A DNA stretch of 64,000 nt, taken from NCBI RefSeq assembly GCF_009914755.1, contig NC_060929.1. One strand, 5' to 3'. The position numbers and the translations under genes are program-made. A model generated the notes under the pieces. That model saw nothing but the letters and a program-made list of their open reading frames with translations. It had not been told where the DNA came from and did no database searches. The stretch is from the human T2T-CHM13v2.0 reference genome, Homo sapiens. Of this stretch, positions 45,887-61,199 are shown in pieces (position 1 is the first letter of the stretch; every line of letters starts with the position of its first letter).

Positions 45887-46529
45887 TTTACTCCATTGAG
45901 TTTGGAGTGAAAGTAGGGAGGAAGGGTAGGCCATTGGTGGGAGAAATGGCATTAAACTATGGATTATTTCCTCAGTTTGAGGTAACACTAGTGTTTCAAT
46001 TCCAAAGGCCTATTAGTCTTTTTTTCCTTGCACTTCTCCTATTAGAGGTCTCCACTACGCTTCTTCAGAAGTAGAGGGGAAGAAGGATCAACACTTTATT
46101 TTGTACCAGGTTTGGGGACATGAGTGGAAATTCATATCCATACCCAAGAGTGTTTGTGGACTTGGGGAGAGAGTGAGGAAAAACACCAGGCTGTGCTTTT
46201 CTATTCTGTTTGGAAATGTATGTTTTATTCTTCACCAACAGTTTTGTTTTACTTTTCCTTGTTTGTTTGCTGCCATTTAAAATTAATGTATGCTATTGAC
46301 CCTGTGGAGATGGTATTAGTAAATTTATTGAGTTGGTTCTTTGTTTCCCCCTTTTCCTTTCGCTCATGTTTTTAAGTTTTGGGAGGGCAAGTGGAGTCCA
46401 TGAAGAAGTTATAATCTGTTTTCTTATCCCAGAAAAACGATCTTTAGAATTTCCACTGAATCTACACAACCTGAAATTATTTCAGGTAAAATCTTGTAGA
46501 AACAAACGCAAGTTTTCAACACTTGGGTT

Positions 46530-47071
<542 letters not shown>

Positions 47072-48111
47072 AATGACTATTATTATTTCAACCATTAAAG
47101 AATATCCTACTTTTAGAATTGCAAAATGTTAAAACTGGAAGAACCCTTCACACTTACTCAAAAATTTTTAAATGCATGGAGTAGTTTATTCTTTCTAGGT
47201 GTGGTAAACAATAAGATACTGTTATCCAAATGTCACATTCTCTCAGCGTTGTTGCTTTCCTGGAAAGGAGGTGTTATTGAGAAACTTGTGATTTTACTAT
47301 AGTTAGAAAAAAACCCACTATATTTAGAATATTTTTTTCTAGATCACGGTAACTTCAGGAACTGGGAACCTTCTGGGTCTCCAACTGGGGATTTTTTTCA
47401 TTGTTGATGCTCAGTGAAAGAGGGGAGTTTGAATGAGGAACAGACAAGGCAATACAGGCAAGACTCTCAAATTCTTTGTAGCTTTGATGCCTCCCTCTCT
47501 GACAAGGAATGTCCCTTCCTAGCGTGACACTATCTGTGGCTGGCTTTCTCCCCAGAAGGCTGTATGCTTAAGTTGTAATTCATGCTCTTCAACAACTTTA
47601 GGGCCCAAAAAAGCACTTGCTGTGTCAGACTTCATGCAGAGACTTGAGCCAGCATCCTGACAGGCATGGTTAGTTCCTCTTGTCCAAGCTCAATTTTTAT
47701 TTTAAAATGTTTGTACATTTTGATTTGCCAAGTGGTAAGAGAAAAAAAATGTGATATTTGAGAAATAGGACATTCAAATTGTTGGTGCTAAAAGCTTCTT
47801 TATGAAATACATAGGATCCAAACAATTATATTTGAATAGAGTCCTGTACTAATGAAGCTAAGGTTACAAGTTTAGTTCCCTCGTGGACCAATTAGCTTCT
47901 TTTTTTCCTCATCCAGAAGTTGTAGGTAGTTATTCATTCAATCATTTATTAAGTGCTTAGGACCGGCCAGGCCTGGACCCACAATGTAAGGAAAAATCAG
48001 TGCTTAGATAGGGTGAGTCTTTGCCCTCAAAGGACCTGTTTTATTGAGTGTGACCCTGATTCCATCTGGCCAAACTGTAAACATGAGAAAAATCAACAGA
48101 ATGGAAGGAAA

Positions 48112-48870
48112 AACTAATTTACATTCCCACCAGCAGCGTGTAAGTGTTCTCTTTTCTCCACAACCTCTCCAGCATCTGTTATTTTTTACCTTTTAATAAA
48201 AGTAAAAACTGGTGTGAGATGATATCTTATTGTGACTGGTGTGAGATGGTATCTCATTGCAGTTTTGATTTGCATTTCTCTAATGATTAGTGACACTGGG
48301 AATTATTTCATATGCTCGTCGGCCAGATGTATGTCTTCTGTCAAAAAGTGTCTGTTCATATCCTTTGCCCACTTTTTAATGGGGTTGTTTTTGGCCTCTT
48401 AATTTGTTTAAGTTCCTTATAGATTCTGGCTGTGCTATTCAAAGTAGCAAAGACATGGAATCAACCTAAATGCCTATGAATGGTAGACTGGTTAAAGAAA
48501 ATATAGTACATATATCCCATGAACACACAGCCATAGAAATATTATTATTATGTCCTTTGCAGCAACATGGCTGGAAGCCATTATCCTAAGAGAACTAACA
48601 CAGGATCAGAAAGCTAAATAACACGTCTCACTTATAAGTGGAAACTAAACATTGAGAACACGTGGACACAAAGAAGGAATAACAGACACCAGGGCCTACT
48701 TGAGCATGGATCATGGGAGGAGGAAGACGATAAAAAAAACTGCCTATCAGATACAATATTTATTATCTGGGTGATAAAATAATCTATACACCAAACCCCC
48801 GTGACATACAATTTACCTATATAACCAACCTGCACATGTAACCCAGAATCTAAAACAAAAATTAAAAAAA
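48112..48870 (+). mobile_element. Twin-primed L1PA15/16-type 3' end: inverted ~48112-48430, sense ~48431-48870
   Basis: Antisense ORF2 piece joined to sense 3' end with A-tail; TSD agaatggaaggaa (48098-48110) / agaatggaagaaa (48871-48883). Confidence 0.85.
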
Positions 48871-51800
48871 AGAATGGAAGAAATAGTAGAGAAAGGAATA
48901 CAAATGTATTATTATTACTGGAAAGTAACCTATGGAGGAATCATTTGGGTATATAAATGAAAGCTTACTTCTCCTTCTAACAAATACTTCACAAGCTGAT
49001 ATCCAATTCACAATAGAAGATAAGAATATGAAGCATGATGGTTACATTACAGAAAGGAAATACAAAGAAGGAGAAAAGCCAAAATTGGGCTCAAGATAAC
49101 AGATCTTGGAGAAATGAACATAGTCAAGTAGCTACACAACTTGTTCATATGAGGGAAGCCTCTAAACATTTCAGAAATGGGCTCTTGAGTAGAGTAAAAC
49201 AAGAGAGGGGACAGAATCAGAAAATTACAGATACATACTAATGAAGAGAAGATTCTTTGAATACACACAGCAATGTCAAACCATTAATCTTTGAGTCTCA
49301 AAACAATTATTATGAGTCCACTTAAAGACCATGTCATAGGAAAGAGATTTCTATCCATCGTTTGGCAGATCACACTGTATTCAGTGGGGAGTTTTAAAAT
49401 ATAGAATTATATAAAATATTTTTAGGGACAGTTAAAGTGACACAAATCATTCCTTTTTAGTTTATGAATTCAAGATAATTCAGATGTTCTCCATTGATAA
49501 TGTGTTATACAAAAATATTTTATGTTTATTCAGCAGTTTAAGAAAAGTTTGTGAAAATGGGACTATGGTGAAATCCATAAGGTAGCTTCTCTAGAGAAAG
49601 AACATGTGTTTTGCATGTTTTGAGAATATTAGTTCTTTCTCCAAAAAATAAGTGTTATTTCTGCCATCAAACACCCAACAAGTCCCACTTTTCAAAAAAA
49701 GAAAGAAAAGAAAGAACAACTTTGTGTGGAACTAGGATATATGGTCATTTAGCCTTGATAGACTGTTGTAAGAGTTTGGTCATGGGATATCAGAAAAATG
49801 GGCTATATCAAAATCTTCATGGAATCTGCCCTCCATGGCTCACAATATACAGGCCTGGCCTGTTGTCACACACCCTGATTTGTTCTCACTGGTGACTTCA
49901 CACTTGAGCTCCTTTTCATGTCAGATGTAGAGACTCAAGGGTCCATTTGGTCTACTCAGCTTCATGAGAACTTTGAAATATTGGCTTGACAAGTTTTGTT
50001 AACCTTCATGAAACAAATATGTCCCTTCCCTTCTCTTCTGTTTTGCTTTCTTCTTTCAGTATTGGCTGGCTTCCAATTCTCCATACATATATTTTTATTT
50101 TCTTTTGTTTTGCTTTGCTTTGCTTTTTATTACTGACAATTATCAAAACTTTCTTTTTATGTAAAACTCTTTGCTATCAGAAGCTTTTGGACAAAATACA
50201 CTGTAACAAAAAAACAAACTATTATTGGTTTATAATTTTAGGTAAATTTTAAATACTCGAAATACATTTTAAGTCATTTAGAAATTTTTTGTTTATCTTC
50301 AAGTTAGTTCAAGTCCATGATTAAAATTCCAAAAGGAAAAATTTAATCTTCATTGAAAGCAACAAAGCTTATAACGAAAAAACAGCTCTTTTGAAAGAAA
50401 ATGGAAAATGCTTTCAAATATTTTCTAAAAATTTTAATATAAAGTTTGTACAAATTACATGCATTTACAAGAGGCTAAAAAACCTATGTCTAGACAACTG
50501 ATGGTTGCTTGAATAGACTTTAGTGTTCTGAACTGAAAATATTCCATTAGAAGCCTTTCTATATGATTTCAAAATTATGATACTTTTTAAATTACATTTT
50601 TGATAAGTGGCCAGCTTTTTTCAGAGCTTTATTTATAAGATAAACATATTCTAAAAGCCTTTGAGTCAGTAATGGCAGCAATTACAACACTTTTTGTCAG
50701 AATTTTTCTTTTAGGGAATATGCAAATTACCTTTTATTGGACAAACATTTCTGGAAGGTATGCAGAATAGACAGTACTTTTATCAATGGTTTCCCCTATA
50801 AAAGAAATTGATCTTGTTAATTCCAAAATCAGGACCCTTCATACACCTCGTTAGGGAAATATATTCTAGAATGCTGTGCTCCATGTAACCACATATCCTC
50901 ATCTCAGCAGATATGAAAGTCTCCTATAGCATGAAACAAGTTGGCATGAGAGTCTCGCACATCTAAAGTAACATACAATAAATTTACCTTTCATCCCAGA
51001 GTGTACTGAAAATATCTGGCCAGCTCACTTCAAAAAACAAGCAAGCAAGCAAACAAGAACCACAACAAAACCTTGTTTGTAAATACATATATTGATTTCC
51101 ATACAAAGCCTAGTAATGCAAATCAATAGATACTTGAGAAGTATTGCCTAAGCTTCAAACTGGATAACATTTCACAGATGCCAAGTTCTTAAATACTTTC
51201 AGCAGTGACCTATACAGCTTAGCATCAGTGAGGGAAAGCCATACACAGAGGCTGACACAGTTCATCCTTGCAGTCAGATCGGGGCCATACACTAAATGAT
51301 AATTCCACCCAGAACACAGGTGTTAATGGGAGTGGAAATGCATATCTGATAAACTGCTAAGAAGATACAAGTATTTTTTAAGAGCCTACACAAATTAAAC
51401 AAATAAAACTTAGTAAAGAGAACCACTGAAGTATAAAGCAATGGCTCCCAACAGTGGAGAGTTGGGAAATAGCAGCAGCAGGAAACTGATAGTTCTGGAG
51501 CTATCATCCATTCTTTCTCTTTCTCTCATCTTTCATGAAACAAAGAAAGAGAAAAGAGACAATCAAAAATGTTGGTTTTCTTGTGGCTACCATTCATCTA
51601 TGTGCAAATAAAATTGTTCCCATTAATTTTAGAAATTATGATATCTCTGAGTTAATAATGCAATATGAAATCTATTAAAATTATGCAGCTGGATTAAGTA
51701 TACATTTGACTTTTAAATTTTAATTTCCCCTTTAAATATTTTATAATATGTTGGAAAATATTTTTGAAATATTAATAGTTTTTCTTTTTATTTTCTTTTA

Positions 51801-52369
51801 TACCCTTAATTTGCCTTTGCCATGTTCAATCTTCTCAGGTTTTTTTGTTGTTAATGTTGTTTGTTTTGCTTTGTTGTTTATTCTAATTTCTTCAAAAGAG
51901 GGAATATTAGGTAAGATAAAGCAGAGGATCTGGATGACAATGGACAGGTGCTCAGCACCCCAGAGAGAACTGGAAAGGAATCAACACAGGACAGAGAATT
52001 TGTGGTATCTGAGAACGAGAGGGTCTGTGTGCTCCCTCGGGAACGAAGCATCACATCTGGGAAACAGCAAGACCCAGTGGAAAGAACAGATATCTATAAT
52101 GCATGGATAGCCAGGGCTGTGGACAGCATCCTCAGAGCGTCCCCTCTGCTGGTGGGACAAGGAGGAGCCAAGCAATTCCCAGGCTCACAATGGCTTACCA
52201 ACAGCAGGAAAATCCACTAAACCCAACGTAGTGTTAAAGACAGAAACAAAATGAAATTATATGTGTACTTTTTACACCTAACTTTTGTTGACTAAGATTT
52301 GTATCCAGCTAATTTTCAAAATAATCATCACTTTAAAATGTCATCATCCATTCTTATGGCATTTCAGGG

Positions 52370-52562
52370 TTTAGCAGTAGAGTTAAGAACACGGCATGTG
52401 ACTGCTTGATTTCAAATCCTGGCTCTGCTACTTATTAGTGAGCAAGTCACTTATCTATTTTGTGCCTGAGTTTCCTAATGTAACAAAAATAGCACCTATC
52501 TTCAAAGGTTGCCGTAAGGATTAAACAAGTTTATATATGTACTACATAAGTGCTTGATAAGT
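52370..52562 (+). mobile_element. MIR element
   Basis: ttcaaatcctggctctgctacttattag...gcaagtcactta...tgcctgagtttcctaatgt. Confidence 0.8.
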
Positions 52563-53030
52563 GAAACAAGAAATAAAATATGAAAATCAATGGCATCACA
52601 AAAGAAGAAAGTAAGCCACTCTGCTTAAGGGTGAAACAAATGCTGAATAAGACATAATAAAGAGCAGGGGAGGGCATGAGCCAGATTCCAACACCATGCC
52701 AGTCAAACCACATTAGTTTTCAAAAGATCACCATCTCGTGTTACTGTTATAATATTATCAGACTGCATCACCAGAATGAATCGGGAGTTCATCTTCAGCA
52801 AAAATCATTTTGAAAAATATTTCATTTTAGTATCTACATTTTGTAGTAAAACATTATGCAGTCTTGTAGAAATTAGAGAACTGTGAGAAAGTAAAAAGGT
52901 ACAGAGATATAAAACATTTAAACATGATATCACCATCCATAAATAACTACTGCTAACAATGTGCCCTTTAACGTATACACTTTTAAAAATCGTGACCTTT
53001 GTATATATATCACCACACCCATTTAATAAA

Positions 53031-56000
53031 CAGATACACCTTGTTGTATTGCACTTCACAGATTTCATGCATTTTGCAAGTTGAAGGTTTGTAGTAACAC
53101 TATATTAAGCAAGTTTATCAGTGTGATTTCTCCAACAGCAAGCACTTGCTTCATATCTGTGTCATATTTCAGTAACTCACTCAATATTGCAAACTTTTTC
53201 ATTGTTATTATGTCTGTTATAGGGATCTGTGATCAGTGATGTCTGTTGTTACCATTGTAATTGTTTTGGGGCACCATGAGGATGCACACTAAAAATGGCA
53301 AGCTTCATCAATAAATGTTGTGTGTGTTCCGACTGCTTCACCAACCGGCCATTCCTGCATCTCTCTCCTTCTCCTCGGATTTCCCTATTGCCTGAGACAC
53401 AATAATATTGAAATGAGACCTATTACTTACCCTACAATGCCCTCCAAGAGTTCAAGAGAAAGGTAGAGTCTCACATTTTCCACTTTAAATCAAAAGCTAG
53501 AAATGATTAAGCCAATGAGGCAGGCATGCCGAAAGTCAGGATAGGCTGAAAGCTAGGCCTTTTGCACCAAACAGTTTGCCAAGTTGTGATGGGAAAATTT
53601 GAGTGGTTTGGATAGAAGATTAAACCAGTCACAACATTCCCTTTAGCCAAAGCCTAATCCAGAGCAAAGCCCCAATTCTCTTCAATTCTATGAAGACTGG
53701 GAGAGGTGAGGATTGTAGAAAAAGGGTTTGGGAGGTTGGTTCATTGGATTTTTAAAAAGAAGCCATCTCCATAACATAAATGTGCAAGGTGAAGCAGCAA
53801 GTGCTGATGGAGAAGCTGCAGCAAGTTATCCGTCAGATCTGGCTAAGATCATTGATGAAAGTATCTACACAAAACAAAAGATTTTCAGTGTAGAAGAAAC
53901 AGCCCCATATTGGAAGAAGAAGCCATCTAGGAGTTTCATAGCTAGAGAGAAGTCAATGATGGTCTTCAAAGCTTTGAAGGGTGGGTTGACTCTCTTGCTG
54001 GGAGCTAATGCAGCTGGTGAATTTAAATTGAAGCCAAGGATTATTTACCATTCTAAGAATCCTAAGGCCCTGAGAAATATGCTAAATCCACTCTTGCTGT
54101 GCTCCATAAATGGAAAAGCAAAGTCTGGGTGACAGCACACCTGTTTACGGCATGGTTTACTGAATATTTGAGACCACTGTGGCAACTAACTCCTCAGAAA
54201 AAATAAAGAAAGAAAAGATTCCTTTCAAAATAGTACTGCTCATGACAATGCACCTGGTCACCCAAGAACGCTGATGCAGATGTACAAGGAGACTAATATT
54301 TCCATGACACAGTATCCATTCTGCAGTCCATAGATCAAGAAGTAAATCTGACTTTCAGATCTTACTATTTAAGAAACACATTTCATAAAATTATAGTAGC
54401 CATAGATAGTGATTCTTCTGATGGAACTGGGCAAACTAAACATAAAAATTTCTGGAAAGGATTCACCATTCTAGATGCTATTAAAAACATTCATTATTCA
54501 TGGAAAAACATCAAAATATCAACATTAACAGGAATGTTGAAGTTGATTCCAACCTCATGAATGCCCTTGAGGGGTTCAAGACTTCAGTGGAAGAAGTAAC
54601 TGCAGATGTGGTGGAAACAGCAAAAGAGGGAGAATTGAAGGTGGAGCCTGAAGATGTGACTGAACTGCTGCAATCTCCCGACTCAACTTGAACAAATAAG
54701 GAGTTGCTTCTTGTGGATGAGCAAAGAAATTGGTTTCTTCAGATGGAATCTACTCCTGGTGAAGATACTGTGCGCATTGTTGAAACAAAAATAAAAGATT
54801 TTGAGTATTCCAAAAACTTAGAGGACACAACCCCATCAAAAAGTGGGTGGAGGATATGAACAGACATTTCTCAAAAGAAGACATTTATGCAGCCAGAAGA
54901 CACATGAAAAAATGCTCATCATCACTGGCCATCAGAGAAATGCAAATCAAAACCACGATGAGATACCATCTCACACCAGTTAGAATGGCAATCATTAAAA
55001 AGTCAGGAAACAACAGGTGCTGGAGAGGATGTGGAGAAATAGGAACACTTTTACACTGTTGGTGGGACTGTAAACTAGTTCAACCATTGTGGAAGTCAGT
55101 GTGGCGATTCCTCAGGGATCTAGAACTAGAAATACCATTTGACCCAGCCATCCCATTACTGGGTATATACCCAAAGGATTATAAATCATGCTGCTATAAA
55201 GTCACATGCACACGTATGTTTAGTGGGGCACTATTCACAATAGCAAAGACTTGGAACCAACCCAAATGTCCAACAATGATAGACTGGATTAAGAAAATGT
55301 GGCACATATACACCATGGAATACTATGCAGCCATAAAAAATGATGAGTTCATGTCCTTTGTAGGGACATGGATGAAGCTGGAAACCATCATTCTCAGCAA
55401 ACTATCGCAAGGACAAAGAACCAAACACCGCATGTTCTCACTCATAGGTGGGAATTGAACAATAAGAACACATGGACACAGGAAGGGGGACATCACACAC
55501 CAGGGACTGTTGTGGGGTGGGGGGAGGGGTGAGGGATAGCATTAGGAGATATACCAAATGTTAAATGATGATTTAGTGGGCGCAGCACACCAACATGGCA
55601 CTTGTGTACATATGTAACTAACCTGCACGTTGTGCACACGTACCCTGAAACTTACAGTATAATAAAAAAAAAAAATCTTAGAGGATAAAGCAGTGGCAGT
55701 TTGTGAGAATTGACTCCAATTTTGAAGAAATTCTGCTCTGGGTAAAATGCTGTCAATCAGCCTTGCATGCTACAGAGAAATCTTTTATGAAAGGAAAATC
55801 AATTAATGAGGCAAACTTCATTGTTGCCTCAATTTATGAAATTGCCACCTACCCCAACCTTCAGCAGCCACCACCTTTATTGGTCAGCAGCCAACAATCT
55901 TCCACCAGCCGAAAGATCACCACTTGCTGAAGACTCAGATGCTCATTAGTATTTTTAGCAATAAAGCATTTTTAAATTAAGGTATAAACATTTGTTGTTA

Positions 56001-56160
56001 GACATAATGCTGTTGCACACTTAATAGACTACAGTACAGTGTAAACATAACTTTTATATGCATTGGACAATCAGAAAATTCATGTGGCTAAGTTTAATGT
56101 GACATTCATTTTATTGAGGTGGTCTGGTACTGAAATTTCAATAGCTCCAAAGTGTGCCTG
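53031..56160 (+). mobile_element. Near-complete Tigger1 (pogo-like DNA transposon), transposase disrupted
   Basis: Termini cagatacacc ... gtgtgcctg|ta; transposase remnants 53728-54132 (…[17 protein letters not shown]…YHSKNPKAL), gacaatgcacctggtcaccca (DNAPGHP), 54500-54691; internal deletion near 53590. Confidence 0.93.
54826..55671 (+). mobile_element. 5'-truncated L1PA3/4-type 3' end nested in Tigger1
   Basis: 203-aa ORF2 C-terminus 54847-55458, 3'UTR, poly(A); TSD aaaaacttagagga (54812-54825) / aaaatcttagagga (55672-55685). Confidence 0.96.
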
Positions 56161-56168
56161 TATATATA

Positions 56169-56217
<49 letters not shown>
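56161..56217. repeat. (TA)n/(TG)n microsatellite at the Tigger1 TA target site
   Basis: Direct reading. Confidence 0.92.
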
Positions 56218-56219
<2 letters not shown>

Positions 56220-56562
56220 TAGTATACATATAGTGTATACTACTCTTTTCCAGTTGACTAAAGTTTATAAAATAATTTTCATATTTTATGCATAACTGTT
56301 TGACTCATTTTTTAAGTTCAAACAGTACGAATTTTTTTATCTCACTAACAATAAATAATGATAAAGTACTTTTCAGACCTTGCCATTTCACAATCAGTGG
56401 ATAAATAGTTCTTATCTAGAAGCATGTTTTAAGTGTTCTTATTGCAATCTCTGAGAAAGTACTGTATGTTCTTCCTCTTATATTCAACTTACTTTATTGA
56501 ATATCTCCCAAAAAAGTCACAAAACTCCAATCATGTTTAATACTGCGTAAGATAGTGTAAGT

Positions 56563-56593
56563 CTGCCACCTGCTGGTTACCTATGAATTTGCA
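56563..56593 (-). promoter_or_regulatory. Candidate CTCF site (core plus upstream motif)
   Basis: Minus strand tgcaaattc-ataggt-aa-CCAGCAGGTGGCAG; the core fits CCASYAGRKGGCRS. Confidence 0.5.
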
Positions 56594-56909
56594 CAATTTT
56601 TAACACAGAAACAAATTTTAATTTCAATTTACAAAACAAGTTAAATTGCGTCTTAGTGCTGTCTTGTGAGGTTAAAAATCATTAGTGATCTTTTTGTAGT
56701 CACTTTAGTTTCTAATTTCCTTATAAATTTTTTGATAATTTTGTATTTTTTGATACAGTTAAATGGTGGGTCTATATTTTAAACAGAAGTTTGAGAAGCA
56801 GATTTAAACCTCAAATTATGTAATTCTAAAACGATCACAAAATTTTAAGCAAGGTTTAAATATAAATATTCTTCTAATTTTTCTTGTATGTAATATAGCG
56901 ACATAGCCA

Positions 56910-57330
56910 AATTTATTTATTTTTTCTTGTATAAATTTAAAAAGTACATGTGCAATTTTGTTACCAAGCTATATTGCTTAGGGATGAAGTCTGGGCTTTT
57001 AGTGTGTCAAACTCCCAAATAACGTACATTGTACCCATTAAGTGGTTCCCCATCACCTACCCCAGTCCCACCCTCCGCCCTTCCAAGTCTCTAGTGACTA
57101 ATATTTCACACTCTATGTCCATGTGTACTCATTATTTAGTGCCCACCCATAAGTGATAACATATTGTATTTGACTTTCTGCTTTTGTGTTGTTTCACTTA
57201 AGATAATGGCCAACACTTTCATCCATGTTGCTATAGAGACATGATGTCAGTCTTTTTTATGGCTACATAGTATTTCCTTGTGTATATATCCCACGTTTTC
57301 TTTATTCAATCATCAGCTGATGGACACTTA
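56910..57330 (-). mobile_element. L1MA/L1PB-type 3' end
   Basis: gtacatgtgcaattttgtta...tgaagtctgggcttttagtgt...ttcacttaagataatggc...gatggacactta. Confidence 0.8.
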
Positions 57331-57344
57331 ACAATCTTGCCAAA

Positions 57345-58215
<871 letters not shown>

Positions 58216-59336
58216 ATAGCATTATTAATGATTTTTTTGATGTTTTAATCTCTTTGAGATACTGACTAAATTGATTATTTTTAAAACATGAAATCAAACT
58301 TGAAGAAATACTGCCCCACCATGCAAATACAAATTATATTCCCATCCAGGAATATTTGCTACCAGTTTCTATATGCTATGCTCAACTTCCCAGAGTGGCA
58401 ATCATTATAGCTTATGTCAACATTTTGATCCTCGTGCTTATCACTCTCTACATAGGATGTTTTCATTTTTTTTCACATAATCATTATCATCTTCATTTTT
58501 CACGGATACTTTGAGTTTATCCTGATTTAATTAATCATCCCCTTTCTACTTAAGTTCTCTCTGTTTCCAATTTTACTTGACTCGAAAATAGAAACTTTGT
58601 TTACAAATAATAGAGTCTTTAAATCAGTGATTGAAGGTAGTGTTCAAGATGAATATTTGGGGCATTTAAAGCTCATATTAAATGTATTTAAATTCCCAAG
58701 CAAAGCTATGTATAATATTGATTTTTGTTGTGATTCCAAATGTTTCCCAATGGACAAATATTCACTGGATATTCATTTGTGTGAATCACTGACAAGCATA
58801 AGAAGGAATGAGACACAATTGTCTCACTTCTTGTACTGGATAATACTATTTGCTTGTGGAGATGAGATGTAGACAAACACTTTTAATGCAAAGCAGAAAT
58901 GGATTATTGCAAGAATAGAGCTCAAAGATAAAGATGGCTTTCAGAAGAAATATTCAAGGAAGGCTTTATTAATACAAATAAATTTAAATGAAAATATGAG
59001 TTTCATTTTTTCTTTCTCCATTTCTACATATTAATAAAATTATGATTTTAATGTTAGACATGCTTAATGAGTTGATCAATAGGAGAAATGGATGAAGTAG
59101 TATTGCTACACAGTGTGGTGTCATTACCTGAAAATTGCTGCCTAGATTCCTACTTTTTTAAAAAAAGAAATGAAACTATTACAACACAATGTGGTGGAGA
59201 GAATACTAGTAGTGCTGATTTTCTGAAGATCTGAATGATTTCCTTGCTTCACCTATTCTTTGCAAGATCAGAGCCAAGGCAATTCAACCTCCACTATACA
59301 CATTTTTACCTCAGTTCATGATATATTAATGAAAAC

Positions 59337-59360
59337 CACACACAGACACACACACACACA

Positions 59361-59391
<31 letters not shown>
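59337..59391. repeat. Interrupted (CA)n microsatellite
   Basis: Direct reading. Confidence 0.92.
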
Positions 59392-59393
<2 letters not shown>

Positions 59394-59949
59394 TGTGGCT
59401 TTCAAGTTTTTTAAGTAACAGAAGAAATTTTTTGAAGATGCTCAACACATAAAGCAGCTCAACTTTCAGCTACTGTGTTAAATGATGTGGGCGGAGTCTG
59501 TGAAGAAGCCCTGCCGGTTACTCCAACCCCTACCTCCACTCTTCCTTCATCTCTCAGAGGTTTGACCTTAGTAGGGATATGTTAGAAAGAAAAAAGCAGT
59601 TCTTGACATACAGGAACCAACCTAACTAAACTAGGCCATGGTGTTTTTAGAAGCTGTCCTGGTGCTCACACATAGGCAGTGTTTTTGTCATGTAGGTTAT
59701 AAACGATCTCACATAACACCAACAAGGTCACGCTGCAACCACGATGATATGTGACAAAACAAGGCCACTTCATGATTTTGTCTAACCAAAGAGAGAAGCA
59801 AGTCCACTGGGCAAACAACAAAATATCCAATAACTTTCTCTCCAAGGTAATATGAGTGTATTGAGTGTATTCCTTCTTTACTGTAATATGCTATATAGTA
59901 AAACACAAATGAGTAATCAAGTCAGTGTGTTCCTAGTGGGTTTTGATGG

Positions 59950-60520
59950 CATGAAGAAATACAATTAATTGTGCATGTTAATCTTGTACCCTGCAAACTT
60001 GCTAAACTTATGAATTTATTTTCCTGGGGTTGTTTGGTAGGTTTTTGTTTTTGTTTTCTTAGCTCCCACAGGACTTTCTATATAGACTTATCTTAACCTT
60101 TTATCAAGATAAGAAATTTCACTTTTGTTTTTAGTTTCAAGAGGGTTTTAATTAGGGGTGGTTGTTGGGTTTTTATGTGCTTTTCTTGCATCTATTTAGA
60201 TGCTCATAAACTTTTCATTATTAGTTTGTTACTAAAAGAAAATTATATCAATTGATTTTTGAGTGTTAAACCTTGCATTCTGAAAGTATACCCCATTTAG
60301 TTATGCTATATAATCCTTTTACTATATTGTCGGGTTTTATTTGTTAAAATTTTGTTAAGTATTTTTGCATCTCTATTAAGGAGGGGTATTAGTCTGTTGG
60401 GGTTTTCTCTGTAATATCCTTGCCAAGTTTTGGTATTAGATAATGTTTGCTTTATAGAATGAGTTGGGAAACATTCCATCCTCTTCTATTTTTTTCTTTC
60501 TTGAATATTTTATATTCTTT
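59950..60520 (-). mobile_element. Ancient L1M ORF2 fragment
   Basis: ccttgcattc...atttttgcatctat...ttttggtatta...tagaatgagttgggaa...ttccatcctcttctatttt. Confidence 0.7.
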
Positions 60521-60639
60521 CTTGTGTTGTTATCTACAAGAAATTGCCATCATCCTTATTTTTATTTATATGTATGTAACTTGAAATTTGGAAGGATTGC
60601 AGATTTTTCTCTTTATCACTGATTTTTATTAAATTTATC

Positions 60640-61155
60640 CCATGACCTCTCTGCTCTAATCTCTGTCTGCTCTCCTCCTTGCTCACTATTATCTAGCCAC
60701 ATTGGCTTTTTGCTCCTTTTTTACTATTTCAAGTATACTCTGACCTCAGAACCTGGTACAACCTTGTACTGACTGTTTCCTTTGCCCAGAAAAATCTTTT
60801 TTTTTTGAAAAATCTTCTTTATGCAGCTCTTCACCTCCTTCAAATGTTCACTCAACTATCATGTATCAATGATGCTCACTGTGATTCTCCTGCTTGAAAT
60901 TACAAACCCCCTAGCACTTTCAAACCATCTTTCTTATCATGCAATATAATTTCCCATAACACTCACCCTTTCTAACTTTCCATATGCATTTTATGCTTAT
61001 TTTCTGTCTCCTCAACTGGAATGTAAATCATAGGAGGGCAGCAAATTTTATCAATTTTTTTCACTGTTACATATTCAGTACCTAGAATGAAACCTAGAAC
61101 AGTGCCTAGAATACTGTATTTTTAGAAAATATTTGTTGAAAGAATTAATTACTGA
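60640..61155 (+). mobile_element. L2 3' fragment
   Basis: ttgctcact...tctagccacattggc...ctagaacagtgcct...aaatatttgttgaaagaat. Confidence 0.75.
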
Positions 61156-61199
61156 ACAAAGGAAGATAATTAAAATGCTGCTTTTAAAAGAGTTTTTTA

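Noticed and set aside
51748-52220. 120-aa hydrophobic ORF as a membrane protein
   Set aside because: Hydrophobicity comes from T-rich low-complexity DNA; no recognisable domain.
53728-54691. Domesticated TIGD-like transposase gene
   Set aside because: Frameshifts, stops, internal deletion and an L1 insertion; a decayed Tigger1.
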